Assembly: GCA_947632025.1 (NCBI GenBank)
Contig: CANRNN010000006.1
Span: forward strand, 72,030-136,029
Length of the DNA stretch: 64,000 nucleotides
Direction of reading: 5' to 3'
Source: an uncultured Clostridia bacterium
Lineage (GTDB): Bacteria > Bacillota > Clostridia > Oscillospirales > Ruminococcaceae
Of this stretch, positions 29,570 through 38,930 are shown piece by piece. Position numbers and translations under genes: made by a program. Each line of letters opens with the position of its first letter. Within the stretch, counting starts at the first letter, position 1. The notes under the pieces are model-generated. The model ran no database searches. It had not been told where the DNA came from and saw only the letters and a list, made by a program, of their open reading frames with translations.

Positions 29570-30476
29570 TATTATCCCCTCCCACAATATCAAGGAAATA
29601 GCTTTCCAGACTTTCCTCGTTTTCGTGAAGGGAAATAATGTCGCAGCCTTTTTCGGAAAGCGCAAGTGCAAGCTCGGTCACGTTTATTTTCGCGTAAATT
29701 TCGGCGTGCGTTTCGTCGAGAATCTTATATTCAACACCCATTTTATCGAGCGTTTCCGCAAGCGCCGACGTGTTTGTAACTTCGGCTGTGACGCTTTTCC
29801 TGAATGCGTTTTCAAGCTCCCGCGAGCTGATCTCCTTGACGAGCTTTCCGCTGTCGATTATCCCGTAATGTGTGGCGAGCTTTGACAGCTCCTCAAGGAT
29901 ATGGCTTGAGATAAGCACCGTGATCTTCCGTTCGCGGTTAAGCTTCAGGATAAGTTCGCGTATTTCGATAATTCCCTGCGGGTCCAGTCCGTTTATCGGC
30001 TCGTCGAGAATAAGAAAATCGGGATTCCCGCACAGCGCGACGGCTATCCCAAGACGCTGACGCATTCCCAGTGAAAAATGCCCCGCGTGTTTTCTGCCTG
30101 CCTTATCCAGATCGACCAGCTTTAATAATTCGCGGATACCGTCAAACGACGGCATTCCGAGCACGCGGTACTGCATTTTGAGATTTTCCTCGGCGGACAT
30201 TCCGAGATACACCGACGGCGTTTCCACCACGGCACCCATACGCTTTCGTATTGCGGAAATATCCGCGTCGGAATTGCGCTTGCCGTAGATGAAATATTCC
30301 CCCGAATCCGGTTCCTGCAAGCCGCAGATAAGCCGGATAAGCGTGGTCTTTCCCGCTCCGTTCCTGCCGATAAGCCCGTATATAGAGCCGTTCGGGACGT
30401 GAATGGAAAGTCCGTCAAGCGCCCTGAATTTTCCGTAGTTCTTTGTAAGACCCTGTGAAGTCAGAACAAAATCCAT
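29562..30476 (-). CDS. ABC transporter ATP-binding protein (BcrA-like)
   Basis: GRNGAGKTT, FSLGMRQRLGIA, LILDEP. Confidence 0.96.
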   Translation of the reverse strand: MDFVLTSQGLTKNYGKFRALDGLSIHVPNGSIYGLIGRNGAGKTTLIRLICGLQEPDSGEYFIYGKRNSDADISAIRKRMGAVVETPSVYLGMSAEENLKMQYRVLGMPSFDGIRELLKLVDLDKAGRKHAGHFSLGMRQRLGIAVALCGNPDFLILDEPINGLDPQGIIEIRELILKLNRERKITVLISSHILEELSKLATHYGIIDSGKLVKEISSRELENAFRKSVTAEVTNTSALAETLDKMGVEYKILDETHAEIYAKINVTELALALSEKGCDIISLHENEESLESYFLDIVGGDNND

Positions 30477-30542
30477 AAAATACCTCCTTTTTTCGGTAAT
30501 TTTATTTTACCGCAAAAAAGTTGAGTTTTCGGTAAAGAAAAG

Positions 30543-30561
30543 GTTGAGATACTGTTGAGAT
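30543..30561 (-). promoter_or_regulatory. Tandem direct repeat, candidate OmpR-family binding site
   Basis: GTTGAGAT at 30543 and 30554 (11-bp period), upstream of the TAAAAT -10 (30507-30502) of the ABC operon. Confidence 0.55.
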
Positions 30562-30562
30562 T

Positions 30563-31219
30563 TTATTTCATCTTGAATCCTATGCCCCACACTGCTTCTA
30601 TATATTCGCGCCCGCCGACTTCGCGCAGCTTTGAGCGCAGATGACTTATGTGCGTTTTAAGGGAGCTTTCGGTGCAGTCGGGTGTGTCCTCGGAAATTCT
30701 GTCAAGCAGCTGCGATTTCGTTATTACCTGTGTCGGATTCAGCATAAGAAGCTTTAATATTGCGAATTCGGTACGGGTAAGCCTTATTTCTTTTTCGTTT
30801 ATTTTCGCTGTTCTGGAGTTTAAGTCGAGAGTGATCCCCGAAAAGCACAACCCGCCGTCGTTTCGCGGCTGCTCTTTACGCAGACGGACGGAGATCCTTG
30901 CCATGACCTCTTTTATCTGAAACGGCTTGGTAATATAGTCGACCGCTCCTCCGAGGAGCGTGTTCACCTTGTCGTCTACGCCGATCTTAGCGCTTATGAC
31001 TATCACGGGAACGTCCTTTATTTTCGGCAGCAGTTCCTCTCCCGAAAGCCCCGGAAGCATCAGGTCAAGCAGCACAAGATCGGGCTTTTCGCGCTCGAAC
31101 GAAAGCAGCGCTTCCGTTCCGGAATATGCCCTGACTGTTCCGTATCCCGCGCCTTGAAGCGATTCTTCAAGAACGTTTCCGATATGTATGTCGTCGTCGA
31201 CAATAAGAATTTTTTCCAT
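30563..31219 (-). CDS. OmpR/PhoB-family response regulator
   Basis: KILIVDDD, DLVLLDLMLP, DYITKPF, IEAVWGIGFK; start 31219. Confidence 0.96.
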   Translation of the reverse strand: MEKILIVDDDIHIGNVLEESLQGAGYGTVRAYSGTEALLSFEREKPDLVLLDLMLPGLSGEELLPKIKDVPVIVISAKIGVDDKVNTLLGGAVDYITKPFQIKEVMARISVRLRKEQPRNDGGLCFSGITLDLNSRTAKINEKEIRLTRTEFAILKLLMLNPTQVITKSQLLDRISEDTPDCTESSLKTHISHLRSKLREVGGREYIEAVWGIGFKMK

Positions 31220-31294
31220 GCTCCACCGCCGTTGTATAAACAAAATTTTATTTTATTATAACAGAATTTCTGATAAAAATCAATATATAAAATA

Positions 31295-31367
31295 AAAACG
31301 AAAAATGCCGTCGGCACAAGTCCAACGGCATTGATCGGGAAGTACACTATGAAATTAACATTCTGTA
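31295..31367 (-). ncRNA. Candidate ~70-nt sRNA
   Basis: TTGACA(31402-31397)-17-TATAAT(31379-31374), followed within ~35 nt by an AATGCCGT/ACGGCATT hairpin and U-tract; no substantial ORF. Confidence 0.4.
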
Positions 31368-31508
31368 TCTTTAATTATACAACTTTTTCGGGAGTTTGTC
31401 AAGCGAAATAATATACATTATTACGCGAAAGTGATAAAAAATTCCTTGCATATGTTGAAAATTTGAAATTACGGGTATTGCGAGCGGAAAATCAAATCAC
31501 CGCGGCAA

Positions 31509-32060
31509 TTATTTTGCCTTTTTGAATTCTTCGAGGAATCGCCGTACTTTTCCCGGACAAACGTCCGACGAGGAAACTATCCCCGTTTCGGCGCGTATTT
31601 TTTTAAGCAGCTCGCGGGCGGCTGTTTCATCGGTAAATTCGACTTCAAGTTCATAGTCGGTCTTTCCGAAATATCCGCTCCTGTCAAGGTCAAGCTCACA
31701 CCCGTCAAAGTGTTTCACGGCGCGGTTGGTAGAAAGTTTTCCGAGCAGCTTCACGTCCGGAAGGTCGGTTCTTCCCGAAAGGGAATCAAGCTCCTCCGAC
31801 GATATTTTTTCGGGCAGCGACGTGAGTTTTCTTTCAAGCTCGATACGGGAATGTTCCGCGCCGTTTGGCAGCTTTATCTGGAGAAAAAATTCACCCTTTA
31901 TCTCGCGTACCCTGCAGGTTATGTGCAATTCCGAGAGCTTCAGATCGTCCGTATCGTAATAGTAGTTTACCTGTTCAATTATTTTGTCGTACTTGAAAAG
32001 CGAAAAGATCTTCTCGTATTGCTCTTTTGTGAGCATTACCTTAAACTCGTTCTCGACCAT
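31509..32060 (-). CDS. CYTH-domain protein
   Basis: ENEFK (ExExK) N-terminal motif, QVNYYYDT, TCRVR, DYELEVEF. Confidence 0.9.
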   Translation of the reverse strand: MVENEFKVMLTKEQYEKIFSLFKYDKIIEQVNYYYDTDDLKLSELHITCRVREIKGEFFLQIKLPNGAEHSRIELERKLTSLPEKISSEELDSLSGRTDLPDVKLLGKLSTNRAVKHFDGCELDLDRSGYFGKTDYELEVEFTDETAARELLKKIRAETGIVSSSDVCPGKVRRFLEEFKKAK

Positions 32061-32068
32061 TTTTCCTC

Positions 32069-32794
32069 CTAAATGTAGCCGTTTTCGCCGCGGACGGAAA
32101 CCTCTCCCGAATTCACCTGAAATACTCCGTTCTCGTCACGGCAGATAAGCGCGCCGTTTTGGGCAATATCGACCGCGAACGCGCTTCTTTCGCCGTTTGG
32201 GGAAATAAGCCGAACTTGTCTGCCGATATTCAGCAGACGTGAACGGTATTCCTCAATACACTCCGAAAACGGCATAGCGGCACGGCTCTTCGCCTGTTCT
32301 GCAATTTCGCGCAGCAGCACTTCACGCCCGACATTCTCACCCGAAACCGACAATATCGACCCCGCGTTCGGAAGTCCTGCTTCCTTAAAATACTCCTCGT
32401 TTTGGGAAATATTTACCCCTATCCCGCATATGACGAAATTTTTGTCACAAAAGCGAACGCTCTCGCATAAAATACCACAGACCTTGCGATTGGCGATAAT
32501 AACATCATTAGTCCATTTTATTCCGCATTTGCGAATTTTTGGGACTGTTCTTTCGATAGAATCGCATACCGCAAGACCCATTCTGGCGGTCAGTGTTTCG
32601 TATTCGGGCGGGTCGACAAACGCGACGGACAGCGGCAGCATACCCGCTGCTCCGTTCCAGCTGTGACCCAGACGTCCGCGTCCGGCGGTCTGTTCTTCGG
32701 CTGTGACAATAGTCCCGTCTGAAATCTCCCCGATATGAGATTTGAGGTAGCTGTTTGTGGAATCCACAGACTTAAGGAAAATTATGTCACTCAT
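32069..32794 (-). CDS. birA: Biotin--protein ligase (no HTH)
   Basis: STNSYLK, QTAGRGRLG, IKWTNDV..KVCGILCE, GIGVN; start 32794. Confidence 0.93.
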   Translation of the reverse strand: MSDIIFLKSVDSTNSYLKSHIGEISDGTIVTAEEQTAGRGRLGHSWNGAAGMLPLSVAFVDPPEYETLTARMGLAVCDSIERTVPKIRKCGIKWTNDVIIANRKVCGILCESVRFCDKNFVICGIGVNISQNEEYFKEAGLPNAGSILSVSGENVGREVLLREIAEQAKSRAAMPFSECIEEYRSRLLNIGRQVRLISPNGERSAFAVDIAQNGALICRDENGVFQVNSGEVSVRGENGYI

Positions 32795-33284
32795 AATCTG
32801 ACCCCTCAAGGTCGATGATCTCAGGAATGACCTCTCCTTTTTCTGTAACGGAAAGAATCCCGAACGACGGCGGATTGCCGCCCCTCGGAAGTGACGGACT
32901 GCCCGGATTCATAAGCAGCACGCCGTTTACGGTGCGTATATCGCATATGTGAGTATGCCCGTAAAGTGCCGCCGTACAGCCGTTTTTTGCGGCTTCGGCG
33001 GCGAGAAGCTCCTTGCCGGTTTCGCTTCTTACATTGAATTTATGACCGTGCGCACAGAAAATTTTCACACCGCAGACCGTCATAATATGCGAATCCTCGT
33101 GCCGACCGTAATCGCAGTTGCCGCCGACGTAGACCATTGGTTTTTGGGGGAAAATGCTTTCACAGAAAGCAAAATCGCGCTCGCCGTCACCCAGATGGAT
33201 AAGGTTGTCCCACGAATTATTTTCGAGGATAGACTTCATTCTCAGGGGATCGCCGTGTGTATCGGAAATTACCAGAATTTTCAT
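32787..33284 (-). CDS. YfcE-family metallophosphoesterase
   Basis: ISDTHG, HLGD, GNCD, AHGH, YGHTH, NPGS. Confidence 0.93.
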   Translation of the reverse strand: MKILVISDTHGDPLRMKSILENNSWDNLIHLGDGERDFAFCESIFPQKPMVYVGGNCDYGRHEDSHIMTVCGVKIFCAHGHKFNVRSETGKELLAAEAAKNGCTAALYGHTHICDIRTVNGVLLMNPGSPSLPRGGNPPSFGILSVTEKGEVIPEIIDLEGSDYE

Positions 33285-33477
33285 AATCGTCGCCTTTCAC
33301 ATTTATACAATAATTATACAACATTTTCAATCAATTTTAAAGGGAATTTTGAAATTTTCGCGGTACTCAGCGCAAGTTTTGCATTTTTGTGCAATTTGAC
33401 GAATTTTTTGCCGTTTCAAGTGGGAGTCCGAAAAAATTGTGCAATTTTACAATAGATTCTGTCAGGAGGGAATAATT

Positions 33478-33711
33478 ATGAACAATGAAAGCTTTGACAA
33501 ACTGGTCGACGCTGCCAGCAAGAAGCTGGGTACTTCGCCCGAAAAACTCCGTGAAACTCTGGTAAACGACGATATAAAGGCTCTTTCGGCAAGGCTATCG
33601 AAGCAGGACAAAGCGCGGCTTCGTGCTATCCTCGCGGACGAGCAGCTTATGGCGCGCCTGAAAGCCGCGTCCTCTCCCGAAGAGCTGGCTAAGATCCTCG
33701 GCGGAAAGTAA
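33478..33711 (+). CDS. Hypothetical small helical protein
   Basis: AGGAGGG RBS before ATG 33478; first of three closely spaced small ORFs. Confidence 0.7.
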   Translation: MNNESFDKLVDAASKKLGTSPEKLRETLVNDDIKALSARLSKQDKARLRAILADEQLMARLKAASSPEELAKILGGK

Positions 33712-33729
33712 TTGTGAAAGGAGATGCAC

Positions 33730-34044
33730 ATGGATAATATCGAGGACATTCTCCGTGTGCTTGCGGAGGACGACGAAACCGACGGCGACGCCGACTGCGG
33801 TCAGCAGGAAGGCTCTTCGGACGGCGGTCTGTTTTCGGGATTAGACCCCGAAACGCTGATAAAAATTATGGCGCTTTCGGATTCGCTCAAAGAAAGTGAC
33901 GACAACGAGCGGTTCCTTTATGCACTCAAACCGCTTCTCCACGAGGAAAACCGCCCGAAGGTCGATTCGGCGGCGCGTATTCTGAAGCTCCTGCGAATAT
34001 TGCCGATACTTCGTGAAAGCGGGCTTATGGGGAAGCTTTTGTGA
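33730..34044 (+). CDS. Hypothetical acidic protein
   Basis: AAAGGAG RBS; DNERFLYALKPLL..ENRPKVDSAARILKL. Confidence 0.7.
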   Translation: MDNIEDILRVLAEDDETDGDADCGQQEGSSDGGLFSGLDPETLIKIMALSDSLKESDDNERFLYALKPLLHEENRPKVDSAARILKLLRILPILRESGLMGKLL

Positions 34045-34057
34045 CGGAGGTGATCTT

Positions 34058-34375
34058 ATGGTATTCAATTCCGCACAGTCGACGCTTTATCACGCTGTCG
34101 ACGCGTATAATTCAAGTCTTTCGTCGGAATGCACAAATAAATTCAACCGTGAAGAACCGAAGACCGGAAGAAATGATACGGACAACTGCCGAAGAATTCA
34201 CGAAGCACCTCCGCCGAAAAGCTGCGTAAATCCGCGGCGTTATCAGAAAAACCCGCTTAACGGCATTTTTTCCGACAGCGACTCAATGCTTATACTGGGA
34301 CTTATTTTCCTGCTTATGTCACAGGACGCGGACGATTCGCTTATTCTGGCTCTGGCTTTTATACTTCTGAGTTGA
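34058..34375 (+). CDS. Hypothetical protein with a hydrophobic C-terminal DSDSMLILGLIFLL..ADDSLILALAFIL repeat
   Basis: GGAGGTGA RBS before ATG 34058. Confidence 0.7.
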   Translation: MVFNSAQSTLYHAVDAYNSSLSSECTNKFNREEPKTGRNDTDNCRRIHEAPPPKSCVNPRRYQKNPLNGIFSDSDSMLILGLIFLLMSQDADDSLILALAFILLS

Positions 34376-34469
34376 ATTTGTGCAAGGTGCACAAAAATAA
34401 TTTTCGGGATAGTAAAAAAATCGTCACAAAAAGTTTGCAATTCTGTTTTAACGGTGGTATAATTAAAGT

Positions 34470-34712
34470 ATATGCTAAAGACGTTGACGCGGCAGGAGTA
34501 ACCGGAAAATTCCCCGCAGAGAGCCGTGGGTGCTGGAATCACGGCGGGATATTCCGGCGAAGTGCAGCCGCATAGTCGGCTTGAGGAAAGGTCTGCTCTG
34601 AGTATTCAAGCCCGTTTTCCGCGTTAAGGATCTTGAGGGGCAATTATGCCCGAAGCGAAGTGGAACCGCGTTCTTAACGCCTTCGTGCCGTGCGCACGGA
34701 GGTTTTTGTTTT
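34470..34712 (+). promoter_or_regulatory. T-box riboswitch, Cys specifier
   Basis: TTGCAA-17-TATAAT promoter (34435-34463), AGAGAG and GGTGCTGGAA stem-I motifs, specifier GAAG-UGC (34563-34565), T-box AAGTGGAACCGCG (34658-34670), terminator CCTTCGTGC/GCACGGAGG-TTTTT, upstream of cysE-cysS. Confidence 0.92.
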
Positions 34713-34740
34713 TTCACTTTATGAGAATTCCGGAGGTTTT

Positions 34741-35415
34741 ATGTTTGATAAGATAAAAGAGGATATAGCGTCGATAAGGGCAAGGGACCCTGCCGTTCAC
34801 TCCTCACTGGAGGTGTTCTTCCTCTATCCGTCGTTCAAGGCAGTGAGGAGCTATCGTATGGCGCACTGGTTTTACGAGCGGAAACACTATTTTATAGCAA
34901 GGTGGATATCACAGCGTTCTCTCAGAAAAACGGGAATAGAGATCCACCCCGGAGCTAAAATAGGTAAGGGACTCTTTATCGACCACGGAAGCGGCGTCGT
35001 TATCGGCGAAACGACCGAAATAGGCGATAACTGCACGCTTTACCAGAACGTCACGCTCGGCGGAACAGGAAAGGATATAGGCAAGCGTCACCCCACTCTC
35101 GGAAACAATGTTATGGTCGGAGCGGGCGCGAGAGTTTTAGGTCCGTTCAAGATAGGGGACAACTCCAAAATTGCCGCGAACGCCGTCGTTCTCGAAGAGG
35201 TGCCGCCAAACTGCACGGCAGTGGGCGTTCCCGCAAGAGTGGTGAAGCGGGACGGAGTAAGACTGAACAACTCCGAACTCGACCAGATACATATTCCCGA
35301 CCCCGTTTCGGAAATTCTTTGTGAACATCTCATTCACATCGAACGTCTGGAAAAGAAGGTCAAGGAACTTACAGAGGAGCTTTCGGCGTTAAAGTCCGAA
35401 AATCCCGCCAAATAA
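34741..35415 (+). CDS. cysE: Serine O-acetyltransferase
   Basis: RDPA, TGIEIHPGAKIG, FIDHGSGVVIGET, GKRHPTLG hexapeptide repeats. Confidence 0.97.
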   Translation: MFDKIKEDIASIRARDPAVHSSLEVFFLYPSFKAVRSYRMAHWFYERKHYFIARWISQRSLRKTGIEIHPGAKIGKGLFIDHGSGVVIGETTEIGDNCTLYQNVTLGGTGKDIGKRHPTLGNNVMVGAGARVLGPFKIGDNSKIAANAVVLEEVPPNCTAVGVPARVVKRDGVRLNNSELDQIHIPDPVSEILCEHLIHIERLEKKVKELTEELSALKSENPAK

Positions 35416-35429
35416 AAAGGAGAAATGCT

Positions 35430-36821
35430 ATGCAGATCTACAACACGATGAGCAGAAAAAAAGAGGAACTGAAACCCGTCACCGAGGGTACGGTAAAGAT
35501 CTACTGCTGCGGTCCGACGGTCTATAACCTTATCCATATCGGAAATGCAAGGGCTTTGTGCGTTTTCGATACGCTGAGAAGATATCTTGAATTCAGGGGG
35601 TACAAAGTCTTATATGTTCAGAACTTCACGGACGTTGACGACAAGATCATCAAAAAAGCCAACGAACTCGGCAAGACAGCGCTCGAAGTTTCCGAAAACG
35701 CGATCAGGGAGTACTTCATCGACGCGGAGGGACTTAACGTGCGCCGTGCGGACGTTCACCCGAAAGTTACGGAAAATATGGACATCATTATAGATATTGT
35801 GAAAACTCTGGTGGACAAGGGCTACGCATATGTCGTGGACGGCGACGTTTACTTTGAAACGGCAAAATTCCCCGAATACGGAAAGCTCTCTCATCAGCCG
35901 CTTGACGACCTGAAAGCGGGCGCGAGAATAGAAGTCGGCGAGAAAAAACGCGACCCTATGGATTTTGCAGTGTGGAAAGCCGCAAAGCCCGGCGAGCCGT
36001 ACTGGGATTCGCCGTTTGGGAAAGGGCGTCCGGGGTGGCATATCGAGTGTTCGGCTATGAGCCGCCATTATATAGGCGACACGATAGATATTCACGGCGG
36101 CGGCGCAGACCTTATCTTCCCGCACCACGAGAACGAAATAGCACAAAGCGAGTGCGCGACGGGCTGCACTCTCGCGAATATCTGGATGCACAACGGTATG
36201 CTGAATGTCGATAATAAGAAAATGTCGAAGTCGGCGGGAAATTTCTTCCTTGTTCGCGATATGGCGGCAGAATTCGGCTACGAGCCTATACGTTTTATGC
36301 TGCTTTCGGTGCATTACAGAAGTCAGCTGAACTACACGGTCGAGGTAATCGAAAGCTGCAAGGCGGCTCTGACAAGGCTTTATAACTGTCGGGGAGCAAT
36401 GGAACGCGCTCTCGGTCACGCTGCTGAGGGAGAAGCAAGCGCAGAGGCTCTCGAAAACGTGAAATCCGCCCGCGAGGCGTTTATCAAGGCGATGGACGAC
36501 GATTTCAACACCGCGGACGGCATTGCGGCGGTGTTCGAGCTGGTGCGCGTGATAAATACGGCTCTCAATTCGGCAGAAATCACAAAAGGTACGATCTCGG
36601 CGTACTTAAATGAATTTACGGCATTGACAAACGTGCTTGGTTTGTTGTATAATAAAGATGAGGAAGAAATTCCCGCCGAGGTGACGGAGCTTCTCGAACA
36701 GAGAAAAGCCGCCCGCAAGGCGAAGGATTTCGCGACTGCGGACGCTCTGCGCGACAAAATCACGGCTTTGGGATATATTGTCGAGGAAACTCGTCAGGGC
36801 ACGGTTGTAAAAAAAGCATAA
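35430..36821 (+). CDS. cysS: Cysteine--tRNA ligase
   Basis: CGPTVY, HIGN, GRPGWHIECS, KMSKS. Confidence 0.99.
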   Translation: MQIYNTMSRKKEELKPVTEGTVKIYCCGPTVYNLIHIGNARALCVFDTLRRYLEFRGYKVLYVQNFTDVDDKIIKKANELGKTALEVSENAIREYFIDAEGLNVRRADVHPKVTENMDIIIDIVKTLVDKGYAYVVDGDVYFETAKFPEYGKLSHQPLDDLKAGARIEVGEKKRDPMDFAVWKAAKPGEPYWDSPFGKGRPGWHIECSAMSRHYIGDTIDIHGGGADLIFPHHENEIAQSECATGCTLANIWMHNGMLNVDNKKMSKSAGNFFLVRDMAAEFGYEPIRFMLLSVHYRSQLNYTVEVIESCKAALTRLYNCRGAMERALGHAAEGEASAEALENVKSAREAFIKAMDDDFNTADGIAAVFELVRVINTALNSAEITKGTISAYLNEFTALTNVLGLLYNKDEEEIPAEVTELLEQRKAARKAKDFATADALRDKITALGYIVEETRQGTVVKKA

Positions 36822-36843
36822 AAGCAACAAAAGGAAGGGTTTT

Positions 36844-37716
36844 ATGAAATTCAGGAAAATAATAGCCTGCTCGCTGGCGGCGTGTGCGCTGCTTGCGGGC
36901 TGCGCACAGAATAAAGGAGCAGATTCTATGATTACAAGCAATAAGCCGAAAGAAATTGACGGATTTTTGGGAAATACGGTAGAAGTCACACCTCAAGCAG
37001 GGGATCTTATCGCGGAATTTGAAATTGAGGGCTTCGGCACGATAAAAGCGGTGCTGTTCCCCGAAGCCGCGCCCATGGGCGTGGATAATTTCAAAAAACT
37101 CGCCGACGCGGGATATTTCAAGGGGCTTAATATTCACAGAGTTGTCGCGGATTTTATGCTTCAGGGCGGCTCGCTTAACGGCGACGGCACGGGCGGCGAC
37201 GCTATGGTAAGCGACGACAAGGGCGACGGCGAATTCGGCATAGAAACCGCGCAGAATGCCCGCCACTTCTACGGCGCGCTGTGCTATGCGAACGCGGCGG
37301 GGCGCAATTCCACGCAGTTTTATATTGTCAACAACAAACAGCCGCAAAATCTTGCGGATTTCGACCTTGATCAGTACGCGGCTGTTGTCGAGGAGGGAAA
37401 GGGCTATCTTCAGCAGGCTCTCGACGCAAATCAAGCCGCGGCAGTGGAATATTATCAGTTCCAGACGCAGTATTATCAGAATACTATGGACTGGGTAAAG
37501 AACGCCACGGACGAGATTTCCGCACTCTATAAGGAAAAGGGCGGCACGCCGTTCCTCGACGGAAATTACACCGTTTTCGGACAAGTTTACGAGGGATTTG
37601 ACGTTATTGACGCTATCTCGGCTGTGGAGGTCGAGGATAACGGCAACGGCGAGAAATCGTCCCCCGTTCAGGAAATAATTATCAAAGACGTTACGGTTAC
37701 GGAATTCGCGGGATAA
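36844..37716 (+). CDS. Cyclophilin-type peptidylprolyl isomerase lipoprotein
   Basis: LLAGC lipobox; IHRVVADFMLQGG, GALCYAN, STQFYIV, LDGNYTVFGQV. Confidence 0.9.
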   Translation: MKFRKIIACSLAACALLAGCAQNKGADSMITSNKPKEIDGFLGNTVEVTPQAGDLIAEFEIEGFGTIKAVLFPEAAPMGVDNFKKLADAGYFKGLNIHRVVADFMLQGGSLNGDGTGGDAMVSDDKGDGEFGIETAQNARHFYGALCYANAAGRNSTQFYIVNNKQPQNLADFDLDQYAAVVEEGKGYLQQALDANQAAAVEYYQFQTQYYQNTMDWVKNATDEISALYKEKGGTPFLDGNYTVFGQVYEGFDVIDAISAVEVEDNGNGEKSSPVQEIIIKDVTVTEFAG

Positions 37717-37725
37717 GGAGGAAAT

Positions 37726-38589
37726 ATGAAGCTTCGGAAAATACTTTTGGGAGCGGGAATGGCGTTATGCTGTCTGCTTACGACGGGCTGCAATAAGCAG
37801 GTCGGAAACTCCGCTGTTGAAATAGCGCTTTACGAGGGCGATAAGATCGCCGAAATAAGCATAGAGGGATACGGGGTCATCAAGGCTAAACTGTTTCCCG
37901 ATATCGCTCCGATGGCTGTCGAGAACCTTGAAAAGCTCTCGGAATCGGAATACTATAACGGTCTGAAGATACACCGCGTGGCAAAGGATATGTGTATTCA
38001 GGGCGGCTCACAGTACGGCGACGGAACAGGCGGAGAAAGCCCGCTTAATTCCGACGGCTATTTCGCAAACGAAATAAATGAGGACGCACGGCATTTCTAC
38101 GGCGCACTTTGTATGGCAAATCAGGACGGGCGGAACACGACGCAGTTTTATATCGTCACCGCGAAAACCACGATGGATATAACCGACTTCGACGAATCGA
38201 AGATCCAGGCAAAAGCCGACGAATTCACCGCTCAAAAGGAAGGTCTTGAAGAAACCGACCCCGAACTCGAACACATCAACGCTCAGGAGGCGTATTATAC
38301 CAACCTCGCGAGTATGATGGCTAAGGTTTCTTCGGATGTTGCCGCGAAATATATGACCGTAGGCGGCTATCCGCTCTGGGACGGCGGCGACACGGTTTTC
38401 GGACAGGTAATAGAAGGATTCGATGTGTTGGATAAGATAGCCTCTGTCGAGGTCACGACTTCCGCGACGGGAGAGGTTTCAAAGCCTGTTCAGGATATAA
38501 TAATAGAATCCGTCAAGGTTTACGAGTACGTTCCCCCGCAGCCCGAATCGGAACCTGAGGAATCGTCCTCCGGAAAGAAGAAAAAATAA
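37726..38589 (+). CDS. Cyclophilin-type peptidylprolyl isomerase lipoprotein (paralog)
   Basis: LTTGC lipobox; IHRVAKDMCIQGG, GALCMAN, TTQFYIV, WDGGDTVFGQV. Confidence 0.9.
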   Translation: MKLRKILLGAGMALCCLLTTGCNKQVGNSAVEIALYEGDKIAEISIEGYGVIKAKLFPDIAPMAVENLEKLSESEYYNGLKIHRVAKDMCIQGGSQYGDGTGGESPLNSDGYFANEINEDARHFYGALCMANQDGRNTTQFYIVTAKTTMDITDFDESKIQAKADEFTAQKEGLEETDPELEHINAQEAYYTNLASMMAKVSSDVAAKYMTVGGYPLWDGGDTVFGQVIEGFDVLDKIASVEVTTSATGEVSKPVQDIIIESVKVYEYVPPQPESEPEESSSGKKKK

Positions 38590-38620
38590 TTCCCCTGTTT
38601 GAAAATACGGAAATATACAT

Positions 38621-38650
38621 TAAGGACACTTTTGCAAAAGGTGTCCTTTT
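38621..38650 (+). terminator. Intrinsic terminator
   Basis: AAGGACAC-ttttgcaaaag-GTGTCCTT followed by a T-tract. Confidence 0.75.
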
Positions 38651-38930
38651 CTTTTTGCGGGAATTTTGCGTTATTTCGGATCTCAAAAAATATCAGTGCT
38701 TGTTAAATTTTTAACTATGTAACGCATTACACGGGAATTATTGTAGAAAATTGTGTAAATTGCAAAAAAATTTCAAAAAAAATGAAAAAACATCTAGCAA
38801 TTTTTTCAATATTCTGTTATAATAGTAGTTAGGGAACATAAAATGTTCGCCGGATTTTTTTATTTAATGAGAACAGAGCGTTTGGTTTGACGCGTTCGTT
38901 CTCAAATAACTTTGTAGGAGGAACATTCCA

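Noticed and set aside
32949-33455. 168-aa plus-strand ORF overlapping the phosphoesterase
   Set aside because: Antisense to a motif-rich gene; no RBS or recognisable domain.
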